Position numbers and translations under genes: made by a program. A stretch of 46,855 bases of DNA from an uncultured Acidobacteriota bacterium (GTDB lineage: Bacteria; Acidobacteriota; UBA6911; RPQK01; JAPXNP01), in assembly GCA_963777605.1 (NCBI GenBank), contig CAVZRV010000050.1, positions 1 to 46,855 of the forward strand, in the 5' to 3' direction. Shown piece after piece: positions 24,258 through 34,335 of this stretch. A model generated the notes under the pieces. That model had not been told where the DNA came from and made no database searches. It saw only the letters and a program-made list of their open reading frames with translations. The first letter of the stretch is position 1. Each line of letters opens with the position of its first letter.

Positions 24258-25944
24258 CTATCCGTTTTCCGGGTCCGCACTGTGAAGTGGTTCGGGCTTT
24301 TTCTCTGTCTTTCGGGCCTCGTCCGCCCAGTCCGGGAACACCTGTTCGACGAGCCCGGCGATGCTGCCGCCGACGATGCTCTCCTCGTCTACGATGTAGT
24401 TGGCTCCGGCGTTGAGCAGTTCCCCGGAATGGTGGTGATAGCGGCATCGGGCGATGACGCAAACCGCTGGGGCGATGCGCCTGGTCTGCCGGATGATCTG
24501 CCGACTGGTCCCGGGATCGGGGATCGTGATCACGAGGGCTCTGGCTGTTTCGATGCCGAGGTGTCCCAGGACCTCTTCCCTCGTCGCGTCTCCGAAATGA
24601 ATCGGAAGGTCCTGCTGGTGATGAACCACAGTCTTTGGATTGAGTTCAACTATGACGCAGTTGTGGCCGGCCTCGCGGAGGGCCTCGAAAGAAGCCTGGC
24701 CGGATGGCCCAAATCCGACCACTATCACGCGACCCGCCGGGACGACTCGGCTGAGACTCTCCTCAGCTTTGTAACCGAGGCGGCGATCGACCGTCTGGCG
24801 TACGATCGGGAGCCAGGCTGATCAGGTATGGGGTGACGGCCAGCGTGATCACCGAGGAAGAGATCAGCATCTGCAGCGTGGATTCGCGGATGAGCCCGGC
24901 CCGGAACCCGAGTTCCATCAGCACGAAGGAGAACTCCCCGATTTGAGCCAGGGAGAGCCCCGCCGCCAGGCCGGTACCGAGGCTGCGCCCCGTAAGCCTC
25001 AGCGCGGCTGCAACGATCGCGATTTTCCCGGCCACGATTAGTGCGGCAAACAGGAGCGCCTGGGGAAGGACGCTCAGAGAGATGGCGGCCAGTGTGCCCA
25101 CCGAGGTGAAGAAGAGAGTCACGAATCCCGCCTGCAAAGGTGAAATGTCAATTCGGATCTGTTCTGCGAATGGTGTTTCGGCCAGCAGCATTCCTGAAAC
25201 GAAAGCGCCCAGGATTGGAGAGAGGCCGAGTTCGTGAGACAGCCAGGTACTGCCCAGGCAAAACGTCATTGCGATCAGAACCGGAAGGTCACGGTTGCGA
25301 TAAACCGAAGCAATCTGCAGGAGGCGGGGCAGCAGGTACTTGCCGACCAGGAGCAGGGCCGCCGCCGCCACAGCTCCCTGGGCGATGCTTCCCAGGAACT
25401 CGGCGACATTCGGAAGGGTGGTTTCCCCACGGCCGAGAATTGAGACCAGCAGGATCAGCGGAACCACCGCCAAATCCTGGACCAGCAGAATCCCCAGGGC
25501 ACTGCGTCCGTGAAGGCTCTCGAGTTCACTTCGATCCGCCAGAACGCGGAGAACGATCGCCGTGCTGCTGAGACTGACTGCCGCCCCCAAGACGGCCGAT
25601 TCGAACAGCTCGTAGCCCAGCCAGTAGGTGAGCAGGCCGGCGAACAGGGCCGTCAGGACGATCTGACTGGTCCCTTCGGCGAGGGCTCGTGCACCAAATT
25701 CACGAAGGCGGCGCCAGGAGAACTCCAGGCCGATTGTGAAGAGCAGCAGCGCGACTCCGAGTTCGGCGAGGTAGCGGAGCACCTGGATGTTCTGGACCAC
25801 CCCGAAGAGGGATGGTCCCAAAACAATTCCGGTGAGCAGGTAGCCGATGATCGCCCGTTGGCCAAATCGCTCGAGAATTGTTCCGGTCAGGGTCGCCAAA
25901 CCCAGTAGAAGAACAATCTCGAGTAGGATCGTCCAGAATTCCAC
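24258..25944 (-). CDS. Monovalent cation:proton antiporter-2 (CPA2/Kef-like) with C-terminal TrkA-N domain; one apparent frameshift near 24800
   Basis: LAELGVALLLFTIGLEFS, SLSSTAIV, LLVQDL, LAQIGEFSFVL in 24763-25944. The Rossmann segment IVVGFGPSG...FGDATREEVL continues in another frame (24258-24728). Confidence 0.88.
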
Positions 25945-25945
25945 G

Positions 25946-26815
25946 TCAGCAGGTCAGTGGTTGCTCTGGTCGTAGCCGCCGAGGCGACGGACCCAGATAT
26001 TGCGAAACTTGACGGGATTTCCGTGGTCCTGCAGCATGATCGGTCCTTCCGGGAGCATGGGGTTCGTAGGTGGCCACCTGGCGATAAGCGACGTGCCCGA
26101 TGAAGGCGCGGTGATTCTGGACCACGACACCGTTGAAGATGACGGTCACGTAGGCCGGCTTCTTCACCTGTTCACCCTCGAAGACCGGAGCTTCAAAGAT
26201 GATGTCGTAGCTCTGCCACTCTCCGGGCTTGCGCGCCGGGTTGACCATCGGCGGGTACTGTCCGTACATGGCCGAAGCCTGCCCGTCGGCGTAGGTGAGG
26301 TTGTCATAGGAGTCGAGGACCTGGATCTCGTAATTTCCCATGATCAGAACTCCGCTGTTGCCACGACCCTGGCTTTCACCTTTCACCTCGGTGGGACTCG
26401 TCCACTCGACGTGGATCTGGCAGTCCCCGAACTTCTCCTTGCTCTGGATGCTGCCGGTGCCGCCGGCGACCTCCATGTAGCCTCCCTGAACTTTCCACCG
26501 GGCAGGCCCAACGCTGCCGTCCTGACTGACGACTTCCCACTTGGACAGGTCCTTTCCATCAAACAGGACTACGGCGTCCGAAGGGGCCTTTCCAGGCTGG
26601 TTCTGGGTGCTGCAGGTGCCGGGCTGGATGATCGGCGGGTGAGGCCTTCCCGAGTCGTGAACGTGCCATTTTCCCCCCGGCAGGTAGGGGGTATCGGTAA
26701 ATCCGGGATGATTGGGGTCTTCCTGGGAAAACAGGCTCAGAACCGATACCAATATCACGACCAGGGAAGCCATGGTCGCAATCCAGAGTCCCGAGCGGCG
26801 GTTGAGTTTCTTCAT
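25946..26815 (-). CDS. Secreted DUF1080 (3-keto-disaccharide hydrolase-like) protein; apparent frameshift near 26050
   Basis: Signal peptide; VLFDGKDLSKW, FGDCQIHVEW, GNSGV, YEIQVLDS, PGEWQSYDI. The conserved tail PIMLQDHGNPVKFRNIWVR is in a shifted frame. Confidence 0.88.
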   Translation of the reverse strand: MKKLNRRSGLWIATMASLVVILVSVLSLFSQEDPNHPGFTDTPYLPGGKWHVHDSGRPHPPIIQPGTCSTQNQPGKAPSDAVVLFDGKDLSKWEVVSQDGSVGPARWKVQGGYMEVAGGTGSIQSKEKFGDCQIHVEWTSPTEVKGESQGRGNSGVLIMGNYEIQVLDSYDNLTYADGQASAMYGQYPPMVNPARKPGEWQSYDIIFEAPVFEGEQVKKPAYVTVIFNGVVVQNHRAFIGHVAYRQVATYEPHAPGRTDHAAGPRKSRQVSQYLGPSPRRLRPEQPLTC

Positions 26816-27118
26816 TATCTGGTGTCTCCTTTCTCACCCTGCGTTTCTCGACGGGGTCTACCTGATGGATTCTACTCCCAACTGCAGCGATTTCCAGCGC
26901 AAGCGACTCTTTTCCTGGGAGCAGGCGCCAAAGGGGGGTTCTCCGGATAGAATAGGACAGTGCGACCCGACCGCCGGGTTGAGGACTCTTCCCGAAGGTT
27001 GAGACCGACGGCCGGGCCGTGTGTTAGGGTCGTGCAATATATCGTCTGAATTTTGGCGAACCTTTAGCAGGCAAACTGCGACAGATATCACTCACTCCGC
27101 AGCCGAATCAGTGTTAGG

Positions 27119-28168
27119 GTGACGGGTAGGCAAAATAATATGCGAAATCCCCTCAGGGCGGGATGGTCCGGGTTGGGAATTGACCTGGGCACAGCCAACA
27201 CCTTGATCTGTGACCAGAATGCACGCGTTCTCCTGAACGAGCCGTCGGTCGTAACGATCAATCTAAACACGTTGGAAATCGAAGCGGTCGGGCACGAAGC
27301 CCGACGTATGCTTGGCCGGACTCCGCGCGATCTGGAGGTCATCTTCCCGCTTCGGGACGGGGTGATCAACAGCTTCGACCTGACTCGGGACATGTTGCTG
27401 CGTTTTCTCCAAAAGATCGACTCGGTTCCCCGCTTCATGGGCACCCGCCTGGTGATCTGCGTTCCAACCGAAACCACCCAGATCGAACGCCGCGCAGTTC
27501 TCCAGATCGGTGCTGCTCTGAAAGCGTCGGAAACGTTCGTGGTCGAGGAGCCGATTGCCGGCGCCTATGGGGCGGGATTCCCGGTGGACCAGCCTCGGGG
27601 GAGCATGATCGTCGATGTCGGGGGCGGGACCACCGAAATTGCTGTCATCAGCCTGGGAAGCATTGTCTGCAGCGGATCGGTACGGGTTGGCGGAACGCAC
27701 ATGGACGAGGCGATCGCCATGCATGTCCGTCGCAAGCACCACATGCTGATCGGTTCTGCCACTGCCGAACGGCTCAAAGTGGAGCTGGGATCTGCCGAGA
27801 GTCCGGGAAAGGGAACCTCCACTCTCCAGGTCAAGGGACACGACTTGATCAGCCGGCTTCCGAAGATCATGTCTCTGAGCTCTTACGACGTTTATGAAGC
27901 GATCGAGAACTTCGTCAGGCAAATCATGAGTGCGATTCGCCGGACTTTGGAGCGAACCCCGCCTGAGCTGGCAGCGGACATTGCGGCAAACGGGATCGCC
28001 CTCACCGGCGGTGGAACTCTGCTGCCGGGCCTGGCGGAGCGAATCGAGAAAGAGGTCCGCGTTCCGGTGACCCGGGTCGCAGATCCTCTGCTCTGCGTTG
28101 CTATCGGTGCCGCCCGGCTTCTGAGCCGGAGCGAGCTGCTCAGCCGTGTCCAGCTGCGAAACCTGTAA
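27119..28168 (+). CDS. mreB: Rod shape-determining actin homolog (MreB/Mbl family)
   Basis: GIDLGTANTLI, NEPSVV, PLRDGVI, DVGGGTTEIA, LERTPPELAADI, LTGGGTLL. Start may be ATG 27140. Confidence 0.93.
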   Translation: MTGRQNNMRNPLRAGWSGLGIDLGTANTLICDQNARVLLNEPSVVTINLNTLEIEAVGHEARRMLGRTPRDLEVIFPLRDGVINSFDLTRDMLLRFLQKIDSVPRFMGTRLVICVPTETTQIERRAVLQIGAALKASETFVVEEPIAGAYGAGFPVDQPRGSMIVDVGGGTTEIAVISLGSIVCSGSVRVGGTHMDEAIAMHVRRKHHMLIGSATAERLKVELGSAESPGKGTSTLQVKGHDLISRLPKIMSLSSYDVYEAIENFVRQIMSAIRRTLERTPPELAADIAANGIALTGGGTLLPGLAERIEKEVRVPVTRVADPLLCVAIGAARLLSRSELLSRVQLRNL

Positions 28169-28169
28169 G

Positions 28170-29820
28170 TTGAAAAAGCTGCTCCTGGTCCAACCGCCGA
28201 TTGAGGACTTCTACGACACCGAGGTGCGGCTCCAGCCGATCGGCCTCGCCAGTCTCAAGGCAGCCGTTCGCCGCTTTCTGCCCGAAGTAAACGTGCGGAT
28301 TGTTGACTTTCACCAGGGATGGGGCCGGAGAACGGTCCCCATCCCGCGGGAGTTGAAGGACTTGCGGCGCTTCTACCCGGCTCCCGACCGCAGCCCGGTG
28401 AGGACTTTCCACGAGTTCTATCGTTTCGGTGCCACGGCGTCGGCAATGGAGGAGATGTTCGCCCGCGAGGCGCCTGATTATGTGGGTATCTCCTCGCTCT
28501 TTTCCGCCTACTACCGGGAGGCGCTCGAAACAGCGCAGATTGCCCGCAGGAGCACGGCGGCGGTGACGATCCTGGGTGGCTCCCACGTGACGACCGACCC
28601 CCTGGGAACGCTTCGTTCGCCCGCGGTGGATTTCGTCGTCACAGGGGAGGGGGAGAAGGCTCTGGTGCGTCTTCTTCAGGGGCTGATCCATGGCCGGCCG
28701 GTGGATGCGAACACCTGGGCTTCAATCCCCGGAATCGGGTTTAAGGTCAACGGGAATCCAACGCTTTCTCCCGGGACGGACCAGTTCCCCATCGACGAGC
28801 TTCCCGTGCCCGACCTCTCCGACTTTTCCCCGGGGCGGTATACCCATCGAGGCCGGCCCGTCGCCCAGGTGGTGAGTTCGCGGGGATGCCCTCACCACTG
28901 CTCTTTCTGCAGCGTCCATGCCACGTTTGGAAATGGCTACCGGGCGCGGTCGGTAGAGTCGGTTTTTCACGAGATTCGGAGTCGGTTCGCCTCCGGCTAC
29001 CGGGTGATCGATTTCGAGGATGACAACCTCACCTGTCGGATGGACCGCATGAAAGAGCTTTGCCGCAGGCTGATCGGGCGGTTCCAGGGCGAGGGGCCTG
29101 AACTGGTGGCAATGAACGGAATCTCATACCTGAGTCTCGACACGGAGCTCCTGGAGTTGATGCGGCGGGCGGGGTTTTCCCAGTTGAACCTCTCCCTGGT
29201 GAGCTCGGACCGCTCGGTTCTGTTGACGTCCCGGAGGCCGCATTCCATGGAACGACTGGCGGAGGTCGTCTCCGAGAGTCTTCGGCTTGGCTTCGGGATG
29301 ACCTGCTACCAGATCCTCGGGCTCCCCTTTGAACCGCTCGAGAGCATGACCGCCACGCTCGCTTTACTGGCCCGGCTTCCGGTACGCATCGGGGCCTCTC
29401 CATTCTACCTGGCTCCCGGTTCGCCGATCGCCGGTTCCCGGGACTTCGACCATGCCTCCCTGGTGCGCTGCCGTTTGACCGCGATGGGAATCGACACACC
29501 GCATGTCGATCGTACTCAGATATTTCACGCTCTTCGTGATCTGCCGAGTGATCAATTTCCTGAAATCGCTGGCGATCCCTGCCGCGACCGCCGTTCACCT
29601 GAACGAACTGCTGAACCAGGAATCCGTCGCAGTCGGTTCGGACCGGCAAAGAGAGGGTTTTCGGGTGCTGCGGCGACTATTGGACGACGGCCGCTACATT
29701 GCACTGACCAGACACTCGGAACAGGTCGTGGACGTTTTCTCAACCGACCTGTTCCGAACGACCTGGGCGGCCATCCCTGAGGTCGCCACTCTCCAGAATG
29801 CCCGAGTCCTGGTCTCCTGA
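28170..29820 (+). CDS. Cobalamin-binding radical SAM protein; apparent frameshift near 29520
   Basis: QPIGLASL...VGISSLFS...ILGGSH...GEGE B12-binding fold; SRGCPHHCSFC cluster motif; FEDDNL. The C-terminus continues in the 29503-29820 frame. Confidence 0.88.
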
Positions 29821-29858
29821 TCTCCGCGCAACCTCAGCGCCGCAGCGCCTCTGCGGTT
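29821..29858. repeat. Short tandem-unit REP-like element
   Basis: TCTCCGCGCAACCTCAGCGCCGCAGCGCCTCTGCGGTT, with degenerate 9-nt units similar in style to 17593-17621. Confidence 0.35.
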
Positions 29859-29980
29859 AGCCTGGGATAAGACCGCCCCTTCGACGTCACCGTGATCGCT
29901 TCACCACCAGCCCACAGCCGGATCCAGCTCTCGATTTTCAGAATTCATCGGTTGCATTAGAATGACCCTGAACCATCCAG

Positions 29981-30062
29981 GCGAGAGTGGCGGAACTGGC
30001 AGACGCGCCAGACTTAGGATCTGGTGGGGAAACCCGTGGGGGTTCGAGTCCCCCCTCTCGCA
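29981..30062 (+). tRNA. tRNA-Leu (anticodon TAG), CCA not encoded
   Basis: Acceptor GCGAGAG/CTCTCGC plus A discriminator; anticodon arm CCAGA-CTTAGGA-TCTGG; long variable arm GGG-GAAA-CCC; T arm GGGGG-TTCGAGT-CCCCC. Confidence 0.98.
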
Positions 30063-30089
30063 CTGCATTGCAGCAGCACCAAATCTCAA

Positions 30090-30626
30090 CGGGCCCAAAT
30101 CCAAATATTTCTGGACAATAAACGACATGAATAAAGCCCCGGGAAGCACCATAAAAGCGTTGTAAGGCTCAAACAGGTGGAATCCCGTTCATAGAAGCCC
30201 GCACTATTCCAGGTAGATTTCCCGTGGGTTAGCTCCTGCCTTCGAAAAACCAGGCCGCGCCACAGGAATTCTTCTCCAAAACAAAAAAAACAAAAAATAA
30301 CCCACCGTTTAAGCCTCGCGTTATTATCAAAACCGATCTTTCTTCCCCTCTAAAACCCTTGATGGGTTTTATTCGAAAGCGGCTAAACAGGGCTTCCAGC
30401 GTCCACGGATGCCCTTCCTTGCGATAGGCTGCAATCGCGCCGAAGAAAAAAATCATGTGAGGGAAATCGGGGGAGAGAGAACAGGAGGAATTAACGGATG
30501 GAGGAACGCCCCTTGCAGCCAGCCCGGAATAACTACTCGCTGCAATAAGACGAATAATAAACATCCTCCGCCGAAGATCAAAATTGAAATCCGTAATGAA
30601 ATCGGGTAGATCTTTTGGCCAGCCAT
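30090..30626 (-). pseudogene. Degraded CPBP (CAAX/Abi) intramembrane metalloprotease remnant
   Basis: Across three frames: MAGQKIYPISLRISILIFG..., AYRKEGHPWTLEALFSRFRIKP, FGEEFLWRGLVFRRQELTHG (EExxxR motif), [25 protein letters not shown]. The last His motif is missing at the tRNA boundary. Confidence 0.6.
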
Positions 30627-30854
30627 GTAACCTATTTCCCTTCACATATACCTTGGGTCTGTTTAATGTTCTCGTATACTGCAATTGTTCGTCTTCGGCG
30701 AAAGTGGGACAGTCGGGTCTCCGATTTAAGAGAGACTTTGTATCTCAGTTGACCTGGCTAATTGTGCATTGACGGTTCTCCGTCGGGCAAGCGTTTTTCC
30801 TTTGAGCTGGCGAAGCAGGTTCTTTTCGAGTGGATTTAGAGCGACGGCTTCACC

Positions 30855-31640
30855 TCATTTACGCCAAGGTAGACGGATTGTAGCGGTGGTCACGTTGCCC
30901 AGCGCGTCGTGGTAGTAGCAAAGCGACTAATTTTCATGTCGCTACCGTGAGTGCGTCCCGTTGCTCGTATTTTTCTGCAAGTTGACGAGCGACTTCGCCA
31001 TCATTCTCGCTTGCTGTGAACCGCCGGCGATCAATCGCCTGCGTCGATTGTCAATTCGAGACCGGCGATCCCGGTCTCCTGCAGTATCCCCGGTAGACAG
31101 CGTAGTAGGATCATCCATACGAAGTCTTTGGAACGTTGTCCCTGATGGCTCTATGGACATTGTCGAATGCCCGACGCAAGTCCGCTGGTCCAGCCAACGA
31201 GCGGGACTCGAGAAGTCCGGCTCTTCCAACACGACCCCCCGCCGGGTTTGAGGGCAGCCATCATGGCGGCCAGAGCCTCCTTCCATTGGGGCGTATGAAT
31301 CAGCAGGAATCGCGCATGGGCCAGATCGATCGATTCGGGCTCAATAGACAAGGTTCTGATATCCGCGTCGTGAATTTCGAGGTTTGGGCTGGATCTTTCG
31401 GGAGAAAACGAGTGTTGACATCGACCGAAGGACTCGTCCTTCCTGTCCAACGATCCCGCTCAACCAGGTTGCGATCGAACCCGCTCCAGCGCCGACTTCA
31501 AGGCATCGCCAGCCCGAATTCAGGCCAGTAGTAAGTAGCCGGCGACGAGTCGCCGGATCAAAGATCTCTTCGATGCTTCGCAAACGCTCGAGTTCCGAGT
31601 CGTGTTCTGTATCGTCGAAGACATAGGGTCGATCACTCAT
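30855..31640 (-). pseudogene. Class I SAM-dependent methyltransferase, multiply frameshifted
   Basis: ELERLRSIEEIFDPATRR, CLEVGAGAGS motif I, IDLAHARFLLIH...LKPGG in successive frames. Confidence 0.8.
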
Positions 31641-31659
31641 CGTAGATTCCGAATCCGCA

Positions 31660-31844
31660 AGGCGGCGGGAATTTCGATAAGATTGTCCGCCACCTGGTAT
31701 CGCAGGTACAATTCAGTTCTATTGTGCTGCCGCACGTGATGTACGGGGAGCAACAAACTGTCACTCAATGCGGTGTCCGTCATCATTGACGCACTGCTGA
31801 AGCAAGGCTACCAGTTCAAGACGGTATCCAAACTCAAGCTATAG
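31660..31844 (+). pseudogene. C-terminal fragment of a polysaccharide deacetylase (NodB-like)
   Basis: Manual translation gives SIVLPHVMY (degenerate GSIVLLH) and SLNAVSVIIDALLKQGYQFKTVSKL-stop. Confidence 0.55.
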
Positions 31845-31882
31845 AAGAGCATCCTTGGGATCTGAACAAACGGAGAGAAGCC

Positions 31883-32072
31883 ATGAAGCGATTGTTTCGT
31901 GATTACACCCTGACGTGGAGGGAAATTGGTTTACTCAAACTGACCTTGTTTATCGCCGGCCTGTTAGTGGGACGTATTCGCGGAGTTCCTTAAGGCTTAC
32001 TACTTGGTCTTATTGGTGGCACTCGTTCTGACGATGATTTACTGGATATGGTGGTCGGCAAAAAACCTTTAG
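31883..32072 (+). CDS. Small two-TM hypothetical membrane protein (~63 aa, one apparent frameshift)
   Basis: GGAGAG RBS; MKRLFRDYTLTWREIGLLKLTLFIAGLLVG then FAEFLKAYYLVLLVALVLTMIYWIWWSAKNL-stop. Confidence 0.55.
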
Positions 32073-32271
32073 GAAACCCCGAGGTGCAATTAGCAGGGAA
32101 GTAAAGCAGCATTGCGGGTGTAGAATTTCGCTAGGCAGTCCGAGAAGGGGCGAACTGCTCCGAAGGCAGGGTTTAATTCCCAACCCGCCGGAATTGCCAT
32201 TTTCACCTTGGATGGCGAGCCCCAGAAACTCACGATCGGCAGATCGTTGTGCCCACAAGGAGGGCGAAATC

Positions 32272-32857
32272 ATGCAGCAGCATAAGACCCGAGTCAATCC
32301 TTCGGAAGAGACCATCATATTGGGCCGCTCGGGATACGGTTCCTTTTGACGGGCGACGACTCCAACGGTAGCGTCGTCCGTGTTCGAGGTACGCGTTCCG
32401 GCCAGACAGAAGCTTGCAGGCACCGGCCCACAAGAACGACGCCTACGAGGAGGTCCTCTACGGCATCGAAGGGCGTGCTGACCTGGACGGTCGACGGCAC
32501 GCCCATCGAGGTGGGTCCCGGACAGGCGCTGTGCATCCCCCGGGGCGCGGTGCACCGGTTCGACAATTTCGGCAGCGAGGATGTGAAACAACTCGCCTCA
32601 TTAGCCCGGCGATCATGGGTCCGGCGTATTTCCGCGAAGCGGCTGAAGTCATCGGAGCGGCCGCCGGCGGTCCGCCCGACCCTGCGAAGATGGCGGAGAT
32701 CATGCGGCGTCATGGCATGACGGTGGCCCCGCCCCCAGGTAGCCCGGGCGACTCCACGGAGAGCGTAAAGGTTCCTGAGTCACAGGCAGCGAGCGGGCCG
32801 ATTCCGATCAATGTGGAGCAAGGTGGGATGCCATCTCTTTCAAGCGACCTAACTTGA
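32272..32857 (+). pseudogene. Cupin domain protein, frameshifted
   Basis: AAGGAGG RBS; IRFLLTGDDSNGSV, PAHKNDAYEEVLYGIEG, GPGQALCIPRGAVHRFDN, PAYFREAAEVI...MRRHG. True stop uncertain (32742-32857). Confidence 0.8.
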
Positions 32858-32989
32858 CAGCACCAATCCGGGTGGACGCTCCGAGTGAGCTGTCTTCCTC
32901 GCTTCCCTGCCTTTCGAAAATATAATTGACGAGCGCAGCCCGTACTCTATGTTTGGTGGGGTGCCGGGGACGCCGGCTCAGGAGCGATC

Positions 32990-34238
32990 ATGAAAACGAT
33001 GTCGATGCGAGACAGGGTCCTGGCTGTTTTAGAGGGGAGGAAGCCCGATCGGCATCCTTTTATCGATCGGCTGGAGTTGTGGTACTCGACCCATGAACGG
33101 GCTGGGGGGCTTCCGGCCCCGTACACCGGGTTATCCTTGACCGAAGTCCATCGGGCCGTGGGAATTGGCCAGCAGCGGTTCGTGTTCCCCTACGCTCTGA
33201 GACTTCGCGGCTCCGAAGTTGAGGCGCCCATTCGAGGGAGAGCTGATCTTCCGTGAAAGCGACCCAGTGATCAAGAGTTTTCCGGGAATGTGGGGTCTTG
33301 TGCCGCAGGACAAAGCCGGCACAACGGTGATTCGGGTGTCCACCCCGGTCGGTTCGGTTCAAGTCACATTCGAACAACTCCCCTCGAGTATCGAGGTTGG
33401 GGCCGAGCCCTATCCGGTGGAACACCTGATTAAACAGGACGAGGACTTCGAGACGACCGAGTGGATTCTGGATCGGGCCGAGTTCGTCCCGATGTACGAA
33501 CTCTTCGATGAGGAAAACTTGATCGGAGATGCCGGTTATGTCGTTCCACTAATCCACCGGCTGCCCTTTTCAGCAGATTCTTCTGGAGTATCTGGGAGAG
33601 CAGGTTTCTATTTTTGCCTTCCACGATGAGTCGGTTCATGTTGAGAGGTTGCTCCAGAGGCTCGACGAACAAATGATGGAGATTCTTGAGAATCTCCGAA
33701 ACTTCCAGACGCTTTACGTGGAATTCCCGGATAATCTGCACGGACCGATCACTAGCCCAAGGCTTTTTTCGAAGTACTGCCTGCCCGGTCTCCAGCGCTA
33801 TTGCGATATTCTGCACGGACAGGGCGAGAAGGAAGCGTCGGAAGCCACACTGATGGTGAATTGAAGCCTTTGATCGGACTCCTTGCGGAATCCGGTCTCG
33901 ACGTTTGCGAATCGGTTACGCCGGCGCCCGTGACGCAGTGTACCTTCAAAGAATTGTGCGAGTCATGGAAGCATGGGCCGGTCATTTGGGGCGGAATTCC
34001 TCCGGTTCTCCTCGAATCCCGAACTCCTGAAGGGATCTTCAGAGATTACGTCAACAAGGTCATACGACTCGTGGGTAATGGGCCGATTATTGTTGGTGTC
34101 GGGGACATGGTCATGGGCAACAACTCCATCGATCGGGATCCGAATACATTGCCCGAAACCAGTCGAGGCCGAATCCCTCTAGCCTTAGTGTCGCGAGTGT
34201 GCCAGCGGGTCGCGAAGGATCCCCTGATTCGTCTATAA
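32990..34238 (+). pseudogene. Uroporphyrinogen decarboxylase (URO-D/MtaA-CmuA)-like TIM-barrel protein, at least 3 frameshifts
   Basis: MSMRDRVLAVLEGRKPDRHPF, STPVGSV, EHLIKQDED, PDNLHGPITSPRLFSKYCLP, SHTDG, ESVTPAP, IWGGIP. Confidence 0.75.
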
Positions 34239-34335
34239 TAATCTGATTACTGTCGTCGAGCTTGTATATTGCGGCTGACGCTTGAAGCGCGTGGTGGAAT
34301 CGGATCCGGAAGGGCTTCGAGGATGAGGTTGGGTT

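Noticed and set aside
27066-27110. c-di-GMP-I riboswitch upstream of mreB (GGCAAACTGCG...CGCAG)
   Set aside because: Lacks the GNRA tetraloop, the GACGCAAA junction and the P2 receptor helix.
24258-29820. Programmed frameshifting in the CPA2, DUF1080 or radical SAM genes
   Set aside because: No slippery heptamer with stimulator noticed, and the breaks fit the window-wide indel gradient.
29901-30165. ORFs overlapping the tRNA
   Set aside because: The tRNA-Leu explains the sequence; only the part beyond 30090 belongs to the CPBP remnant.
32085-32115. SRP RNA-like CAGG...AGCAGCA segment
   Set aside because: No TCCGGAAGGA tetraloop stem and no long flanking helix.
31850-32900. Integron cassette array
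   Set aside because: No paired RYYYAAC/GTTRRRY attC sites and no integrase.
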